Notes: generated by a model from the letters alone, not told the origin. DNA of 28,562 bases from Deltaproteobacteria bacterium (GCA_046583355.1 JAYGCM010000053.1:1-28562), one strand, 5' to 3'; counted from the stretch's first letter, positions 9,737 through 19,099 are shown. Program-made: numbers and translations.

Positions 9737-11050
9737 ATGAGCGCTGAATCCATGAGCCGCGAACATACCGGCCGACTTTTTTTCATCAGCGCCTTGGCGC
9801 TCTTTACTGCCGGGCTGAGCTTCTCTCTGCGCGGCGCGATCGCATTCGGCATCGAGGCCGACGTGCTCTCGGTAATCGACGCGGCCAATTCGGCGCGGCT
9901 TACGGCCGAGGTTCTCGGGATCGCCTTTACGGGCTTTGCCTTGACGCTTTTCTTCGGCAGCGTCTTTCTCGACCGCTTGGGAATCGGCCGCTCCCTCTTT
10001 CTCTCCGGTATCTGCCTCTTTCTCGGCACCGCGCTGGTGGTCTTTTCCGCAGAAATCGGTGGTGGCGGCTCGGTCTACCGCATTCTCTGGATCGGTTATC
10101 TTTTGACCGGGCTTGGCTGGGGCTTTGTCGAAGCTGCGGCCAACCCTTTGATCACGACACTTTATCCCGACGATAAAACGCATCGCCTGAACGTATTTCA
10201 TGCGTGGTGGCCTGCGGGTGTGATGCTGGGCGGCATCATCGGGGCGCTTCTGGGCGGGCTGGGTTGGCGTGCGCAATTCGCCTTCGTAATGCTGCCGGCA
10301 GCGGCCACGGCGCTGCTTTGCATCGGTGCCGTATTCCCGCGCACCGAGCGTGCGGCGGGTGGGGTCTCCTGGGGCGAGATGTGGAAAGAGATTCCGCGTC
10401 GCCCGATGTTTCTCGTCTTCTTCGCCTGCATGTTCCTGGCGGCAGCGTCCGAGTTGGCACCCGGGCAATGGATTGATTTCACCTTGACGCGCACGGTCGG
10501 AATGCGCGGCATCTGGCTCCTGGTTTATGTGAGCGGCATGATGTTCATCTTCCGCCACTTCGCGGGTACTTTCGTGCACCGCTTGGGCTCGCCGGTCGCC
10601 TTGCTCTGGGGCTCTTCGGTCCTGGCGGCGATCGGTCTCGTGCTGCTACCGCGCGCGACGGACCCCCTGACCGGCCTGCTGGCAGCAACCGTATGGGGGC
10701 TCGGCGTCTGTTTCCTATGGCCGACGATGCTCGCGACCGTCTCGGAGCGCTTCCCGCGCGGCGGGGAGCTCTTCATCGGCCTGATGGGGGTTGCCGGTGC
10801 CATGGCGATTCAGTTCGTCCTGCCCGCGCTCGGCAGCATTTTCGATGCGGAGAAGGTGCGCCTGGCGGGTGGCGCTGAAGCCTTGGCGGCGCTCGACCCG
10901 GTCGCACAGCACGAGATTCTCGCCCGTGCGGCGCAGACCTCGTTTGAGACCAACGCGATTCTGCCCGCGATTCTGATCGTCGTCTTCGGTCTGATCTGGG
11001 CCGCTGACCGCCGTCGCGGCGGCTACCAGCCCGGGACACTTCAGAAATAA
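9737..11050 (+). CDS. MFS transporter
   Basis: About 12 hydrophobic segments; motif A-like GSVFLDRLGIGR; GLGWGFVEAAANPL and LNVFHAWWPAG. Confidence 0.9.
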   Translation: MSAESMSREHTGRLFFISALALFTAGLSFSLRGAIAFGIEADVLSVIDAANSARLTAEVLGIAFTGFALTLFFGSVFLDRLGIGRSLFLSGICLFLGTALVVFSAEIGGGGSVYRILWIGYLLTGLGWGFVEAAANPLITTLYPDDKTHRLNVFHAWWPAGVMLGGIIGALLGGLGWRAQFAFVMLPAAATALLCIGAVFPRTERAAGGVSWGEMWKEIPRRPMFLVFFACMFLAAASELAPGQWIDFTLTRTVGMRGIWLLVYVSGMMFIFRHFAGTFVHRLGSPVALLWGSSVLAAIGLVLLPRATDPLTGLLAATVWGLGVCFLWPTMLATVSERFPRGGELFIGLMGVAGAMAIQFVLPALGSIFDAEKVRLAGGAEALAALDPVAQHEILARAAQTSFETNAILPAILIVVFGLIWAADRRRGGYQPGTLQK

Positions 11051-11173
11051 AACCGCGCAGCCAGCAGTAGGGGTCGGCCTCGGGGTATTCGTCTGAAGCG
11101 AATCTTTTCGTGTCGCGTACAGAGGACGTTTGTCCCGGGAAGAGTGATTGCGCCTGCTCGATGAACCGGGAGC

Positions 11174-11791
11174 TTAGCGTGGCTTTGCAACTCGGTCCGG
11201 CTTGCGTGGCAGGTGGCGCAGGCCCATCCAGGCAAGTGCCGAGATATGGCTCGCGATTTCTTCGACATTCGGCTTATGCGTCTCGGTCGACCATTGGCCG
11301 ACGAAAGTCACCATGCCGACCAAGGCATGCGCATAGATGGCGGCACCCTTGGTGCTGAAGCCGGCATCCTTGAAAGCGCCAACAAATACATCGCCGACGC
11401 GGTCAGCGACCTCGTTGAGCAGGCTCCACATGCTGCCGCGCTTGCCGCCGATGGGGGCATCGTGCGAGAGCACGGCGAAGCCGTCGGGTTGGTCGCGTAC
11501 ATAGATAAGGAAGGCGAGCGCGGCGCGCTCGACGCGCTCGCGCGGTGTGCCCTCGGCGATCGCCTTGGTGATGGTCGAGACGACGTGCTCCATCTCGCGG
11601 TCGACGATCACCGCGTAGAGCCCTTCTTTGCCGCCGAAATGCTCGTAGATGATGGGCTTGGAAACTCCGGCGCGCTCGGCGATTTCTTCGACGGTGCTGC
11701 CTTCAAAGCCCTTCTCGCCAAAGACGCTGCGGCCGACCTGGACCAATTGGGTGCGGCGCTCGGCGGCCGTGAGTCGTTTTCTTTTCGCCAT
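11174..11791 (-). CDS. TetR/AcrR-family regulator (Rv1019-like)
   Basis: HTH TVEEIAERAGVSKPIIYEHFGGKEGLY and VDREM...RERVERAALA resemble mycobacterial Rv1019 as recalled. ATG 11791 preferred because the longer ORF only translates the operator repeats. Confidence 0.92.
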   Translation of the reverse strand: MAKRKRLTAAERRTQLVQVGRSVFGEKGFEGSTVEEIAERAGVSKPIIYEHFGGKEGLYAVIVDREMEHVVSTITKAIAEGTPRERVERAALAFLIYVRDQPDGFAVLSHDAPIGGKRGSMWSLLNEVADRVGDVFVGAFKDAGFSTKGAAIYAHALVGMVTFVGQWSTETHKPNVEEIASHISALAWMGLRHLPRKPDRVAKPR

Positions 11792-11793
11792 GG

Positions 11794-11822
11794 TTGACAG
11801 AGTACCTACGCTAGCGTAAGTT
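11794..11822 (+). promoter_or_regulatory. Sigma70-type promoter of the first desaturase
   Basis: TTGACA (11794-11799), 17-nt spacer, TAAGTT (11817-11822). Confidence 0.75.
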
Positions 11823-11850
11823 ACGGAATCGTAGCTTACGTTATCGTAAG
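11805..11850. promoter_or_regulatory. Three tandem palindromic operators (TACG-N4-CGTA core) with 15-bp period
   Basis: CCTACG-CTAG-CGTAAG (11805-11820), GTTACG-GAAT-CGTAGC (11820-11835) and CTTACG-TTAT-CGTAAG (11835-11850), between the divergent tetR and desaturase. Confidence 0.8.
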
Positions 11851-11878
11851 ATACCGCAGCCTGGGAGGGCATGCAAAA

Positions 11879-12640
11879 ATGACGATTCTGCTCTGTATTT
11901 CAGTATTCTTGATCACCTACCTGGTCAACGCGACGATGATTTCGCTCTTCTACCACCGTGGTCTGGCGCATGACGCGCTGATTCTGCATCCGCGGGTAGA
12001 GCGCTTTGTCGGCCGTTGGGGGATCTGGCTGACCGGCATCGACCCCAAAGCGTGGGTCTGCATGCACCGCCGCCATCACGTCTACTCGGACCAACCCGAT
12101 GATCCGCATAGCCCCGTTCAATTCGGCCTCATTGGATTGCTTCCCGGCCAGCTGCGCTCCTACGAGCGCACGCTCACCCGCCTGCTGCGCCAAGACCGCG
12201 GCTATATCGCGAGCGTAGCGGATCTGGACTTTCCCGTGAGCCGCGTAATTCAGCGGGGCCGTTGGTACCTTCCCTATGTAGTGCACCTGGCCATCGCCGT
12301 CGCGCTCTCATTGGTGACCGGTATTTGGCCGTTGGGTGCTGCGTATTTCGTCGGGCTGATGAGCCATCCCTTCGAGGGCTGGGTGGTCAACGCATTGGGC
12401 CACGCGGTCGGCGGTCGCAACTTCGACACCGACGATAACTCACGCAACAACCATTTCGGCGCCTGGCTGATCCTCGGCGAAGGGTTCCAGAACAACCACC
12501 ACGCCTACCCGGACTCAGCGCGCTTCTCCTACCGTCGCTCCGAGATCGACCCTGGCTACGGGCTGAGTCTCCTGCTGCAACGCATTGGCCTGGTACGCAT
12601 CCGCCGCGAGACGCTGATTCCTACGCCGAGCACTGCTTGA
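11879..12640 (+). CDS. Membrane fatty acid (acyl-CoA, Delta9-like) desaturase, copy 1
   Basis: His boxes HRGLAH, HRRHH..SD...DPHSP and GEGFQNNHHAYP; GGAGG SD 10 nt upstream of the ATG. Confidence 0.92.
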   Translation: MTILLCISVFLITYLVNATMISLFYHRGLAHDALILHPRVERFVGRWGIWLTGIDPKAWVCMHRRHHVYSDQPDDPHSPVQFGLIGLLPGQLRSYERTLTRLLRQDRGYIASVADLDFPVSRVIQRGRWYLPYVVHLAIAVALSLVTGIWPLGAAYFVGLMSHPFEGWVVNALGHAVGGRNFDTDDNSRNNHFGAWLILGEGFQNNHHAYPDSARFSYRRSEIDPGYGLSLLLQRIGLVRIRRETLIPTPSTA

Positions 12641-12749
12641 GGAGAGGGCGGCGCATCTCGGGAGTGCGGCCGGGTAGCTCTGGGAGGCGACTTCGTCACT
12701 CTTTTGAGTTACGGAACAGGAGCCTATGCAGCCTGGGAGGGCATGAAAA

Positions 12750-13520
12750 TTGACGATTCTGCTCTGTATTTCAGTATTTCTGGCCGCCTATCTGGTCAAC
12801 GGGGCGATGATCTCGCTCTTCTACCATCGCGGCCTGGCGCATAATGCGCTGGTTCTGCATCCGCGGGTAAAGCGCTTTGTCGGCCGCTGGGGGGTCTGGC
12901 TGACCGGCATCGACCCGAAAGCGTGGGTCTGCATGCACCGCCGCCACCACCTCTACTCGGACCAGCCCCGGGATCCGCATAGCCCCGTTAACTTCGGCCT
13001 TCTGGGACTACTTCCCGGCCAGTTGCGCTCCTACGAGCGCACGCTCGCGCGCCTGGTGCGCCACCACCGCGGCTATACCGCGAGCGTTGAGGATCTGAAC
13101 TTTCCCGTCAGCGCCGTACTACAACGAGGCGGCTGGTACCTTCCCTATGTCCTGCATCTGGTAATCGCTGTCGCGCTCTCAGTGGTGACTGGTATTTGGG
13201 CGTTGGGCATTGCGTATTTCATGGGGCTGATGAGCCATCCCCTCGAGGGCTGGGTGGTCAACGGGCTGGGGCACGCCGTTGGTGGTCGCAACTTCGACAC
13301 CGACGACAACTCCCGTAATAATCATTTTGGTGCTTGGCTGATTCTCGGCGAAGGGTTCCAGAACAACCACCACGCCTACCCCGAGTCCGCGCGGTTCTCT
13401 TACCGCCGCTCCGAGATCGATCTTGGTTACGCCCTGAGTCTCGTGCTGCAACGCACCGGCATGCTTCGCGTCCGCCGCGAAACCCTGATCCCCGCGCCGG
13501 ACCATCCACAAGTCTCTTAA
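12750..13520 (+). CDS. Membrane fatty acid desaturase, copy 2 (tandem paralogue, TTG start)
   Basis: Colinear with copy 1 with the same three His boxes; shares the upstream GCAGCCTGGGAGGGCATG. Confidence 0.92.
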   Translation: MTILLCISVFLAAYLVNGAMISLFYHRGLAHNALVLHPRVKRFVGRWGVWLTGIDPKAWVCMHRRHHLYSDQPRDPHSPVNFGLLGLLPGQLRSYERTLARLVRHHRGYTASVEDLNFPVSAVLQRGGWYLPYVLHLVIAVALSVVTGIWALGIAYFMGLMSHPLEGWVVNGLGHAVGGRNFDTDDNSRNNHFGAWLILGEGFQNNHHAYPESARFSYRRSEIDLGYALSLVLQRTGMLRVRRETLIPAPDHPQVS

Positions 13521-13523
13521 TTT

Positions 13524-14543
13524 CTATAGTGTCCAGTTGCCTCCTGTGCGGGCCAACCACTCTTGCAGTGGCGCTGATTTGTATTCTCCGGATTCAAAGC
13601 GGTGCTGGACGGACGAATGAACGACCGCATCGTCGGGGATCGTTCGCGCCTGCGTGCCCAGCACCCTCCAGAACCTTTTATGCGAGCGGTGGGTGGGGGC
13701 GAGAGGGTCGATCCGGGATGGGTCGGTCACTTGCGGCTCAAACTGGAGACCGAAGGAGTGGGCCTCGTCGGCCATCCATTTGAGGGGGATCTCGCTGGCC
13801 AGCGTGCCGGCTTTGGACGGCGCGTAGCCACCTCCTACGTCGGCATGGACCCCCGCAAACCAGACTTGCCGGATATTGGTAGCGTCCCTGTCGTCCCAGA
13901 GGGTCGGCGTGAGGTCCGCGCGCTTCTCGTCGATCGAGACGGCATGGCGTGCGGCGTGTACGTTGCTGCCCAGAATCGGGTCGAAGAAGAGGTCTTTTTC
14001 GTCGACGAAGGCGAGCATACGGGTGGGGACACCGAGGGCTCCCACGGTGTCCCAAACGCCGATGAAACGCACGGCACCGCGGCGTGGGCTGCCCGAGTGC
14101 TGCTTGCGCCACTCGCGCGCTGTCTGGGAACCCGGCTTCGCATTTCGCTGCTTGTAGAAGTCGAATGCCTGCGGAATTTCGCTCGCATTCTTGCGTTTCA
14201 GGATGCCGCAATTGTTGAGCATTCCAGCGAGGCATCTGACGGTATAGGCGCCTCGGCTGAAGCCGAAAAGGAATAACTCGTCGCCCTCGCGATAGTTCTG
14301 GACGATGAAGCGATAGCTGTCCTGGACGTTCTTGAGCAGGCCCAGGCTCGCTGCCCCGCCGCGGATGGTGGCGTAGTACGAGCCAACCCCCCAATCGTAG
14401 AAAACAACCTGCGGCACGCCGTCGTTGCCGATTGGTTTGACGGCGCGGGCTATTCTCAGGGCGTTGGTCGGGTTCTCGTCCTCGGGGTCGTTCCACGTAC
14501 CATCCGCGCAGATAACGATTCTCTTGTGCTTGGCATCCGGCAC
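13524..14543 (-). CDS. DUF2235 (Tle1-like) alpha/beta hydrolase
   Basis: RIVICADGTWN, FGFSRGAYTVR, GVWDTVGALG, HAVSIDEKR and QVWFAGVHADVGGGY. Confidence 0.92.
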   Translation of the reverse strand: MPDAKHKRIVICADGTWNDPEDENPTNALRIARAVKPIGNDGVPQVVFYDWGVGSYYATIRGGAASLGLLKNVQDSYRFIVQNYREGDELFLFGFSRGAYTVRCLAGMLNNCGILKRKNASEIPQAFDFYKQRNAKPGSQTAREWRKQHSGSPRRGAVRFIGVWDTVGALGVPTRMLAFVDEKDLFFDPILGSNVHAARHAVSIDEKRADLTPTLWDDRDATNIRQVWFAGVHADVGGGYAPSKAGTLASEIPLKWMADEAHSFGLQFEPQVTDPSRIDPLAPTHRSHKRFWRVLGTQARTIPDDAVVHSSVQHRFESGEYKSAPLQEWLARTGGNWTL

Positions 14544-14665
14544 CTCGCTGGCGTCTCACGCTGTCCGATCGGGCGCAAGCTTGTCCCCTCCATCGGATTC
14601 CCTTCGGGCCCGGAACGACCTCGCGATCCAACATTCGGCGATCGGAATCACGGGCCTCCAGGCAA

Positions 14666-15451
14666 TCACCCAGGGATAGATCCGCAGATATACTCCAGCG
14701 CCTCGCCGCGACATACGCTGCGGGCGACCGCCGCTTCGTAGAGGCAGATATACTCAGAAAAGCGCAGCGCGTGCGGGACGTCGTAGAAGAGTTGCTGGGC
14801 GCCCCAATCGGCCATCGCCGGATGAGGTGCGCCGTCGTCTCCCGGTGCCCAGACGCCGCCGGTGATCAATGCGGCTACGCCCTTGGAGAGCTCGACGAGC
14901 CTGTCCTCGCCAGCAACCGTGCGGCACTCGGTGTAGGCCCTATCACCTGCGTTCTCGCAGCAGCTCATGGCCGCGTCTTCCTGCGCTGTGCAGGTGAGGA
15001 GGCGGAGCGCATGGCCGCAAGTTTCGCCGGTGCTGGGACCGCTGAGGGTGCGCGCATTACGGCGTCCGCTGGAGATGGGCGTTGTCGCCATGGCCTGGAA
15101 GGGGCAGATACTCTGCGAGTTGATTCCATTGATGCTGAGCGGAATCGTGGCGGTATGGCTCAGCTGCACGAAGGTGATCTCTGGTTCCGGCGGAATTCCG
15201 ATCTCCGGCTCCGGCGGAATCCCGATTCCCGGTATCGCCGGGCTGGCGACCGTGATGAGGTATTTGCCGGTGGTCCCGACCAGGTAGACGATGGTTTTGG
15301 CGTAGTTGCTGAGGATCGTGACGTCGACGCCGGAGGTGCCGGCGATTTCACGCAACTCGGCGATCTTGCTCTCGGAGACTGCGAATTCCGGGTCTTCGTC
15401 GACAAGCTCCGCGGCCAACGTCGCCAGGTCGTCGGCCAGGAGCCGCCACAT
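14666..15451 (-). CDS. Hypothetical Cys-rich protein with internal Pro/Glu repeat, possibly 5'-truncated
   Basis: Long ORF with GC-rich codons; no family recognised; no clear SD; begins abruptly at the edge of an AT-rich stretch. Confidence 0.55.
   Translation of the reverse strand: MWRLLADDLATLAAELVDEDPEFAVSESKIAELREIAGTSGVDVTILSNYAKTIVYLVGTTGKYLITVASPAIPGIGIPPEPEIGIPPEPEITFVQLSHTATIPLSINGINSQSICPFQAMATTPISSGRRNARTLSGPSTGETCGHALRLLTCTAQEDAAMSCCENAGDRAYTECRTVAGEDRLVELSKGVAALITGGVWAPGDDGAPHPAMADWGAQQLFYDVPHALRFSEYICLYEAAVARSVCRGEALEYICGSIPG
15177..15224. repeat. 2 x 24-bp imperfect tandem repeat encoding (GIPPEPEI)2
   Basis: ATCTCTGGTTCCGGCGGAATTCCG followed by ATCTCCGGCTCCGGCGGAATCCCG. Confidence 0.85.
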
Positions 15452-15520
15452 TAGGACAATTATATTTCGATACGTAACATGGAAATCCAATCATGTGCTC
15501 ACTATCTTCAACTTCGTGGG

Positions 15521-15550
15521 TTGACCCGTGTCCGGCACCGCATGTACCAT
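15521..15550 (+). promoter_or_regulatory. Candidate sigma70 promoter for the vWA gene
   Basis: TTGACC-N18-TACCAT in an AT-rich intergenic region. Confidence 0.4.
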
Positions 15551-15606
15551 CTTGAGCCGTTATCTTTATCGTCACGATTTCCAGTATCCCGACTCGTCCG
15601 TGGAGC

Positions 15607-17760
15607 ATGTTTATGATCGTATTTTCTCGTTCTTCCAGGTTTCTTTTTCCATCAGGAGCGTTGCTATGCGCGCTCCTGGTTCCTGGTCTCGTGTTGGCTG
15701 CCGGTGTCATCACGCCGGCCACCTATTCCGACGACCTTCAGGCCGGGGAGGTAGTCGTCGTGCCGGCTACAGTCGAGATCGATAGCGGGGCGCCGGCAGT
15801 GAGCTTGGTGGACGTATTTTTTCTAACCGACAATACCGGGAGCATGAACGATTTCATTGACGCGGTGAAAGACAATGTCGACATAATCCTCGACACGATA
15901 TCGGGCGCGACATCGGATCCTCGTTTCACCGGCATCGATGTTGCGTTCGGGGTCGGTAATTATGTCGGTGACCCGGGCGTAGAAGGGACCGCCGTGACGA
16001 CGGCGTACGAACTCCAGCAGCCGATTACGACGGACCTCGCGGCGACCAAGGCCGCCGTGAACGCGTGGACTGCAAGCGGCGGCGGCGATTATCCGGAAGC
16101 GAATTTTTTCGCTCTCCACCAGGTGGCGACCGAGGGCGCCGCAACCGATGGGTTGGGTGCAACCGATCCACCGGCGGGCTTTGCTACGCTCTCGCTTACC
16201 GGCTGGCGCGCGGGTGCCGGCCGAGTGATCGTCTGGGCAGGCGATGCCCCCTCGCATACGACGACTGTCTCGATCCTGGAGGCGAAGCTGGCCCTGCAGG
16301 CGGCCGATGTGGTGGTCTGTGCGTTGAACACAAAGGGTGTGAACCAAGGGATCGACGCATCCTCTCAGGCACAAGGCATCGTCGACGCCACGGGCGGAAC
16401 GCTGGAACATAACGTGAGCGGAACGGCCGCGACGATTGATGCCATCCTGGATGCAGTTGCAACCGTCACGGAAACGATCGATCTCTCCTTCACCACGATT
16501 CCGGACCCGGTTCCCGGGTTGCCGGTGTCGATCGCCTGTACGGATCCGGCCGGCTGCGACGACGTGCCGGCGGGTGAGTCCCGGACATTCGCCTGGACGA
16601 TCACCGGAAACACGAGCGGGCATTATGAGTTCGATATTGTCGCCACGGGTGTCTCCGGTGCGGTGGCCGAGATCGTGATCGATGTCGCAGCAAATTGTGG
16701 CAACGAGATCACCGAGCCGGGCGAGCAATGTGATGACGGTGCGCAGGTCAACGGAGACGGCTGTTCCGCTGACTGCCTGCTCGAAGAATGCTGGAACTGC
16801 ACGGGCAGCCCATCGGCATGCGCGCACGATGACGGCTTCCCCTGCGACGACCGCCAGGAATGTACCAGCTCGGATCAATGCCTCGGCGGCATCTGCCAGG
16901 GAACCCCGACCGCCGATGGCACGGCCTGCGACGATGGTCCGGCCTGCACGCTGGCAAACTTCTGCACCGCCGGAGAATGCACCGGAACGTTAGGTACGGT
17001 GATCGCAGAGAGAAGGGCAAAGCTTGCCCAGGCGGCGGTCTCCAGCGTCGGTATCACAGTCCTGTCTGACACCGGCAGCTTTCGAGCCGGTCGCGATTCG
17101 ATCATGGAGGACGGCACGCTGCTCTCGGTCTTCAAGGCCCGTCTGGCTAGAAACACCACAGTGGACGACATCTCGGTCCAGGTTCTCATCAAGTCAAAGA
17201 AAGGCGTCAATATCGAAGGCTCGCAGAGTGCCTGGCTATCGCCCGGGATCGAGATCACTGATGTCTGCACCGAACCGGTTTTCGCCTGTGACAAAAGCAA
17301 GGATGTATTTGCGGAACAGGGCGCTAGCCTGGCGCTGACGCCCGGGCAATACGGTGATCTGCATCTCGGGCTATCGGTGGTCCTGGAGATGGAGGCTGGC
17401 GAATACGATTTCTGCTCGATTCGGACAAAAACGGCTTCGGAAATCATCATTATGGGAACGGCCGATACGGTGATTCGCGTCGAGGGGAAAGTGGTGACCG
17501 GGCCGGATAGCGTGTTTGCACCGGTCGGTGCGAGCGTTCCCGTACTGCAATCCGGCGGTAGCGTGAAGCTCGGCCGGAATTCCGAGAACCTGGTTCATAT
17601 TGAAGCGCCGGAAAGCCGGGTGTTGATCGGCATGAGTGCACAGCTCAATGGGACGGTCTGCGCGAAAAAAGTTGACACCAAAAAATTCACGGAGCTGGGC
17701 TGCGATCTCCCGGTATCCTCGGCTGCGGGATCGTTCGTGGATGGTCCTATAATATTCTGA
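15607..17760 (+). CDS. Secreted vWA-domain protein with myxobacterial-type Cys-rich repeats
   Basis: Signal peptide; MIDAS-like [12 protein letters not shown] and [35 protein letters not shown]; two CDD...CT...C..G.C.G repeats; beta-rich C-terminal region. Start may be ATG 15613. Confidence 0.88.
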   Translation: MFMIVFSRSSRFLFPSGALLCALLVPGLVLAAGVITPATYSDDLQAGEVVVVPATVEIDSGAPAVSLVDVFFLTDNTGSMNDFIDAVKDNVDIILDTISGATSDPRFTGIDVAFGVGNYVGDPGVEGTAVTTAYELQQPITTDLAATKAAVNAWTASGGGDYPEANFFALHQVATEGAATDGLGATDPPAGFATLSLTGWRAGAGRVIVWAGDAPSHTTTVSILEAKLALQAADVVVCALNTKGVNQGIDASSQAQGIVDATGGTLEHNVSGTAATIDAILDAVATVTETIDLSFTTIPDPVPGLPVSIACTDPAGCDDVPAGESRTFAWTITGNTSGHYEFDIVATGVSGAVAEIVIDVAANCGNEITEPGEQCDDGAQVNGDGCSADCLLEECWNCTGSPSACAHDDGFPCDDRQECTSSDQCLGGICQGTPTADGTACDDGPACTLANFCTAGECTGTLGTVIAERRAKLAQAAVSSVGITVLSDTGSFRAGRDSIMEDGTLLSVFKARLARNTTVDDISVQVLIKSKKGVNIEGSQSAWLSPGIEITDVCTEPVFACDKSKDVFAEQGASLALTPGQYGDLHLGLSVVLEMEAGEYDFCSIRTKTASEIIIMGTADTVIRVEGKVVTGPDSVFAPVGASVPVLQSGGSVKLGRNSENLVHIEAPESRVLIGMSAQLNGTVCAKKVDTKKFTELGCDLPVSSAAGSFVDGPIIF

Positions 17761-17829
17761 GGCTGCCAGGGAATTCGCTGTCTTGGGCGCGGTTTTCGTC
17801 TTGCTTGCCGGGGCACGTCCACGGGCTCG

Positions 17830-17957
17830 GCCACGCCTGGACTTACCAGCATGGGGACGTCGCAGGCGGCACAGCCCGCCAATATATTTTGATCGCCGCA
17901 GGCGGCCATGGCGGTGCCGCCACGCGCCTCGGCGACCACCTCGTTGTCTTCGCGCTC
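17830..17957 (+). pseudogene. C-terminal remnant of a membrane-bound PQQ-dependent glucose/quinate dehydrogenase
   Basis: ATP/(1-nt frameshift)/TYQ...RQYILIAAGGHGGAATRLGDHLVVFAL matches the Gcd C-terminus pattern ATPMTY...KQYVVI.AGGHG..GTK.GDY.VA.AL. Confidence 0.78.
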
Positions 17958-18091
17958 GACATTGACACCAAGGGTGTAGAGTCAACCGGGCTTGCTCGGG
18001 ACTTGATGCTACGAGGGCTCCAGGCGATCGATTCTTGATTCGCTGTTCCGGCACGGCGAATGAGCACGATGCGGACCAATTGGAGATGCGA

Positions 18092-19030
18092 ATGAACACC
18101 ACGATAGGGCGAGTCTTCTCGGTATGGGTCGGCCTTTGCGCCGGCGTTGTTCTGATGGGCTGCGGTGGCGGCAGTACCGCAACCTTGGCCGCGGTCCCGC
18201 TACCCGCGACTCAGCCCGTGCCGGCGCCGGAGGCCGACGATTGTTTCACCGATACGAAGGCGGGGCGGCAGTCGCTTGAGTGCGAAGGGCTTGAACTCGA
18301 ACTCAGCGTACCGGCGGCGTGTCTTGCCACTGCCTGTGGCCTGATCGTCGATGTGCACGGCTTCGGGATGACCGGTGTCCTCGAGGATATGCACACAGAG
18401 CTGGGAGAGATCGCCGGGGCACAGGGCTTCATCGTCTTACAGCCGTCCGCGCCGGTCAGCGACAGTGGCTTCCCTTCCTGGTCGGGTTCAAACGACGTGC
18501 AGGTCCTGGCGCTGATCAACCGATTGAAGAGCGTCTTCCACGTCATGGACGCGCGCGTTCACATGACAGGATACTCGCAGGGTGGCTTCATGACCTGGCG
18601 CTTCCTTTGCGACCGTCCCGAGCTTTTCGGATCGGTTGCGCCGCTCGCCGCCGGGTCGGGTACCTGCTTCGGCGGCCAGCAGCCCGCCGAGCAGGTCGAC
18701 GTGTTCTACGGGCACGGGACGACCGACGGCCTGGTCGCCTTCGCGGGTGCCACGACTACGGTCGAGCGTATTCTCGATCGCTGGGACATGAGCGAAAGCG
18801 CGATTGTCTCGCAGGACGACGAGCACCTCTGGACCCGTTACGGAAACGACGCGGATACGGTCTTCGAGTTCGTTCGCTTCGACTGGGAGACCGACTTCGT
18901 GCTGCCCCCGAGCCCGCTGCTGGGCCATTGCTTCCCGGGTAGCGGAGACTTCCTTGGCTGCGGCAGCGACACGGCATTCCATTGGGGGGAAGAAGTCACG
19001 CGCTTTTTCCTGCGCCATCCGCGGGACTGA
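18092..19030 (+). CDS. PHB-depolymerase/LpqC-like esterase, probable lipoprotein
   Basis: Lipobox-like VLMGC; LIVDVHGFG, HMTGYSQGGFM (GxSxG), HGTTDGLV and GHCFPG; GGAG SD 6 nt before ATG 18092. Confidence 0.85.
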   Translation: MNTTIGRVFSVWVGLCAGVVLMGCGGGSTATLAAVPLPATQPVPAPEADDCFTDTKAGRQSLECEGLELELSVPAACLATACGLIVDVHGFGMTGVLEDMHTELGEIAGAQGFIVLQPSAPVSDSGFPSWSGSNDVQVLALINRLKSVFHVMDARVHMTGYSQGGFMTWRFLCDRPELFGSVAPLAAGSGTCFGGQQPAEQVDVFYGHGTTDGLVAFAGATTTVERILDRWDMSESAIVSQDDEHLWTRYGNDADTVFEFVRFDWETDFVLPPSPLLGHCFPGSGDFLGCGSDTAFHWGEEVTRFFLRHPRD

Positions 19031-19099
19031 TTCGTACGAGCCGGAAATCGGATTCTGGAGCGACGGCAGGCGTCAAGGCTCCGCCGACTCCGTCGTGCT
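19012..19099 (+). repeat. Diverged direct repeat, copy A
   Basis: Aligns by eye with 20325-20413 (15 differences over 89 columns). Confidence 0.9.

Noticed and set aside
11805..11850. Regularly spaced palindromes as a mini-CRISPR
   Set aside because: The period is 15 bp with no unique spacers and no cas genes; the position fits an operator array.
11871..11882. Mini uORF ATG CAA AAA TGA overlapping the desaturase start
   Set aside because: The GGAGG is only 2 nt from this ATG but 10 nt from the desaturase ATG, and the short uORF is not preserved in copy 2.
12478..12510. QNNHH third His box suggesting a front-end desaturase
   Set aside because: Gln is tolerated at this position, the scaffold is Delta9-like and there is no cytochrome b5 domain.
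14557..14652. 31-codon minus-strand ORF after a GGAGG, upstream of DUF2235
   Set aside because: SD spacing is too short (3 nt) and the peptide has no recognisable features.
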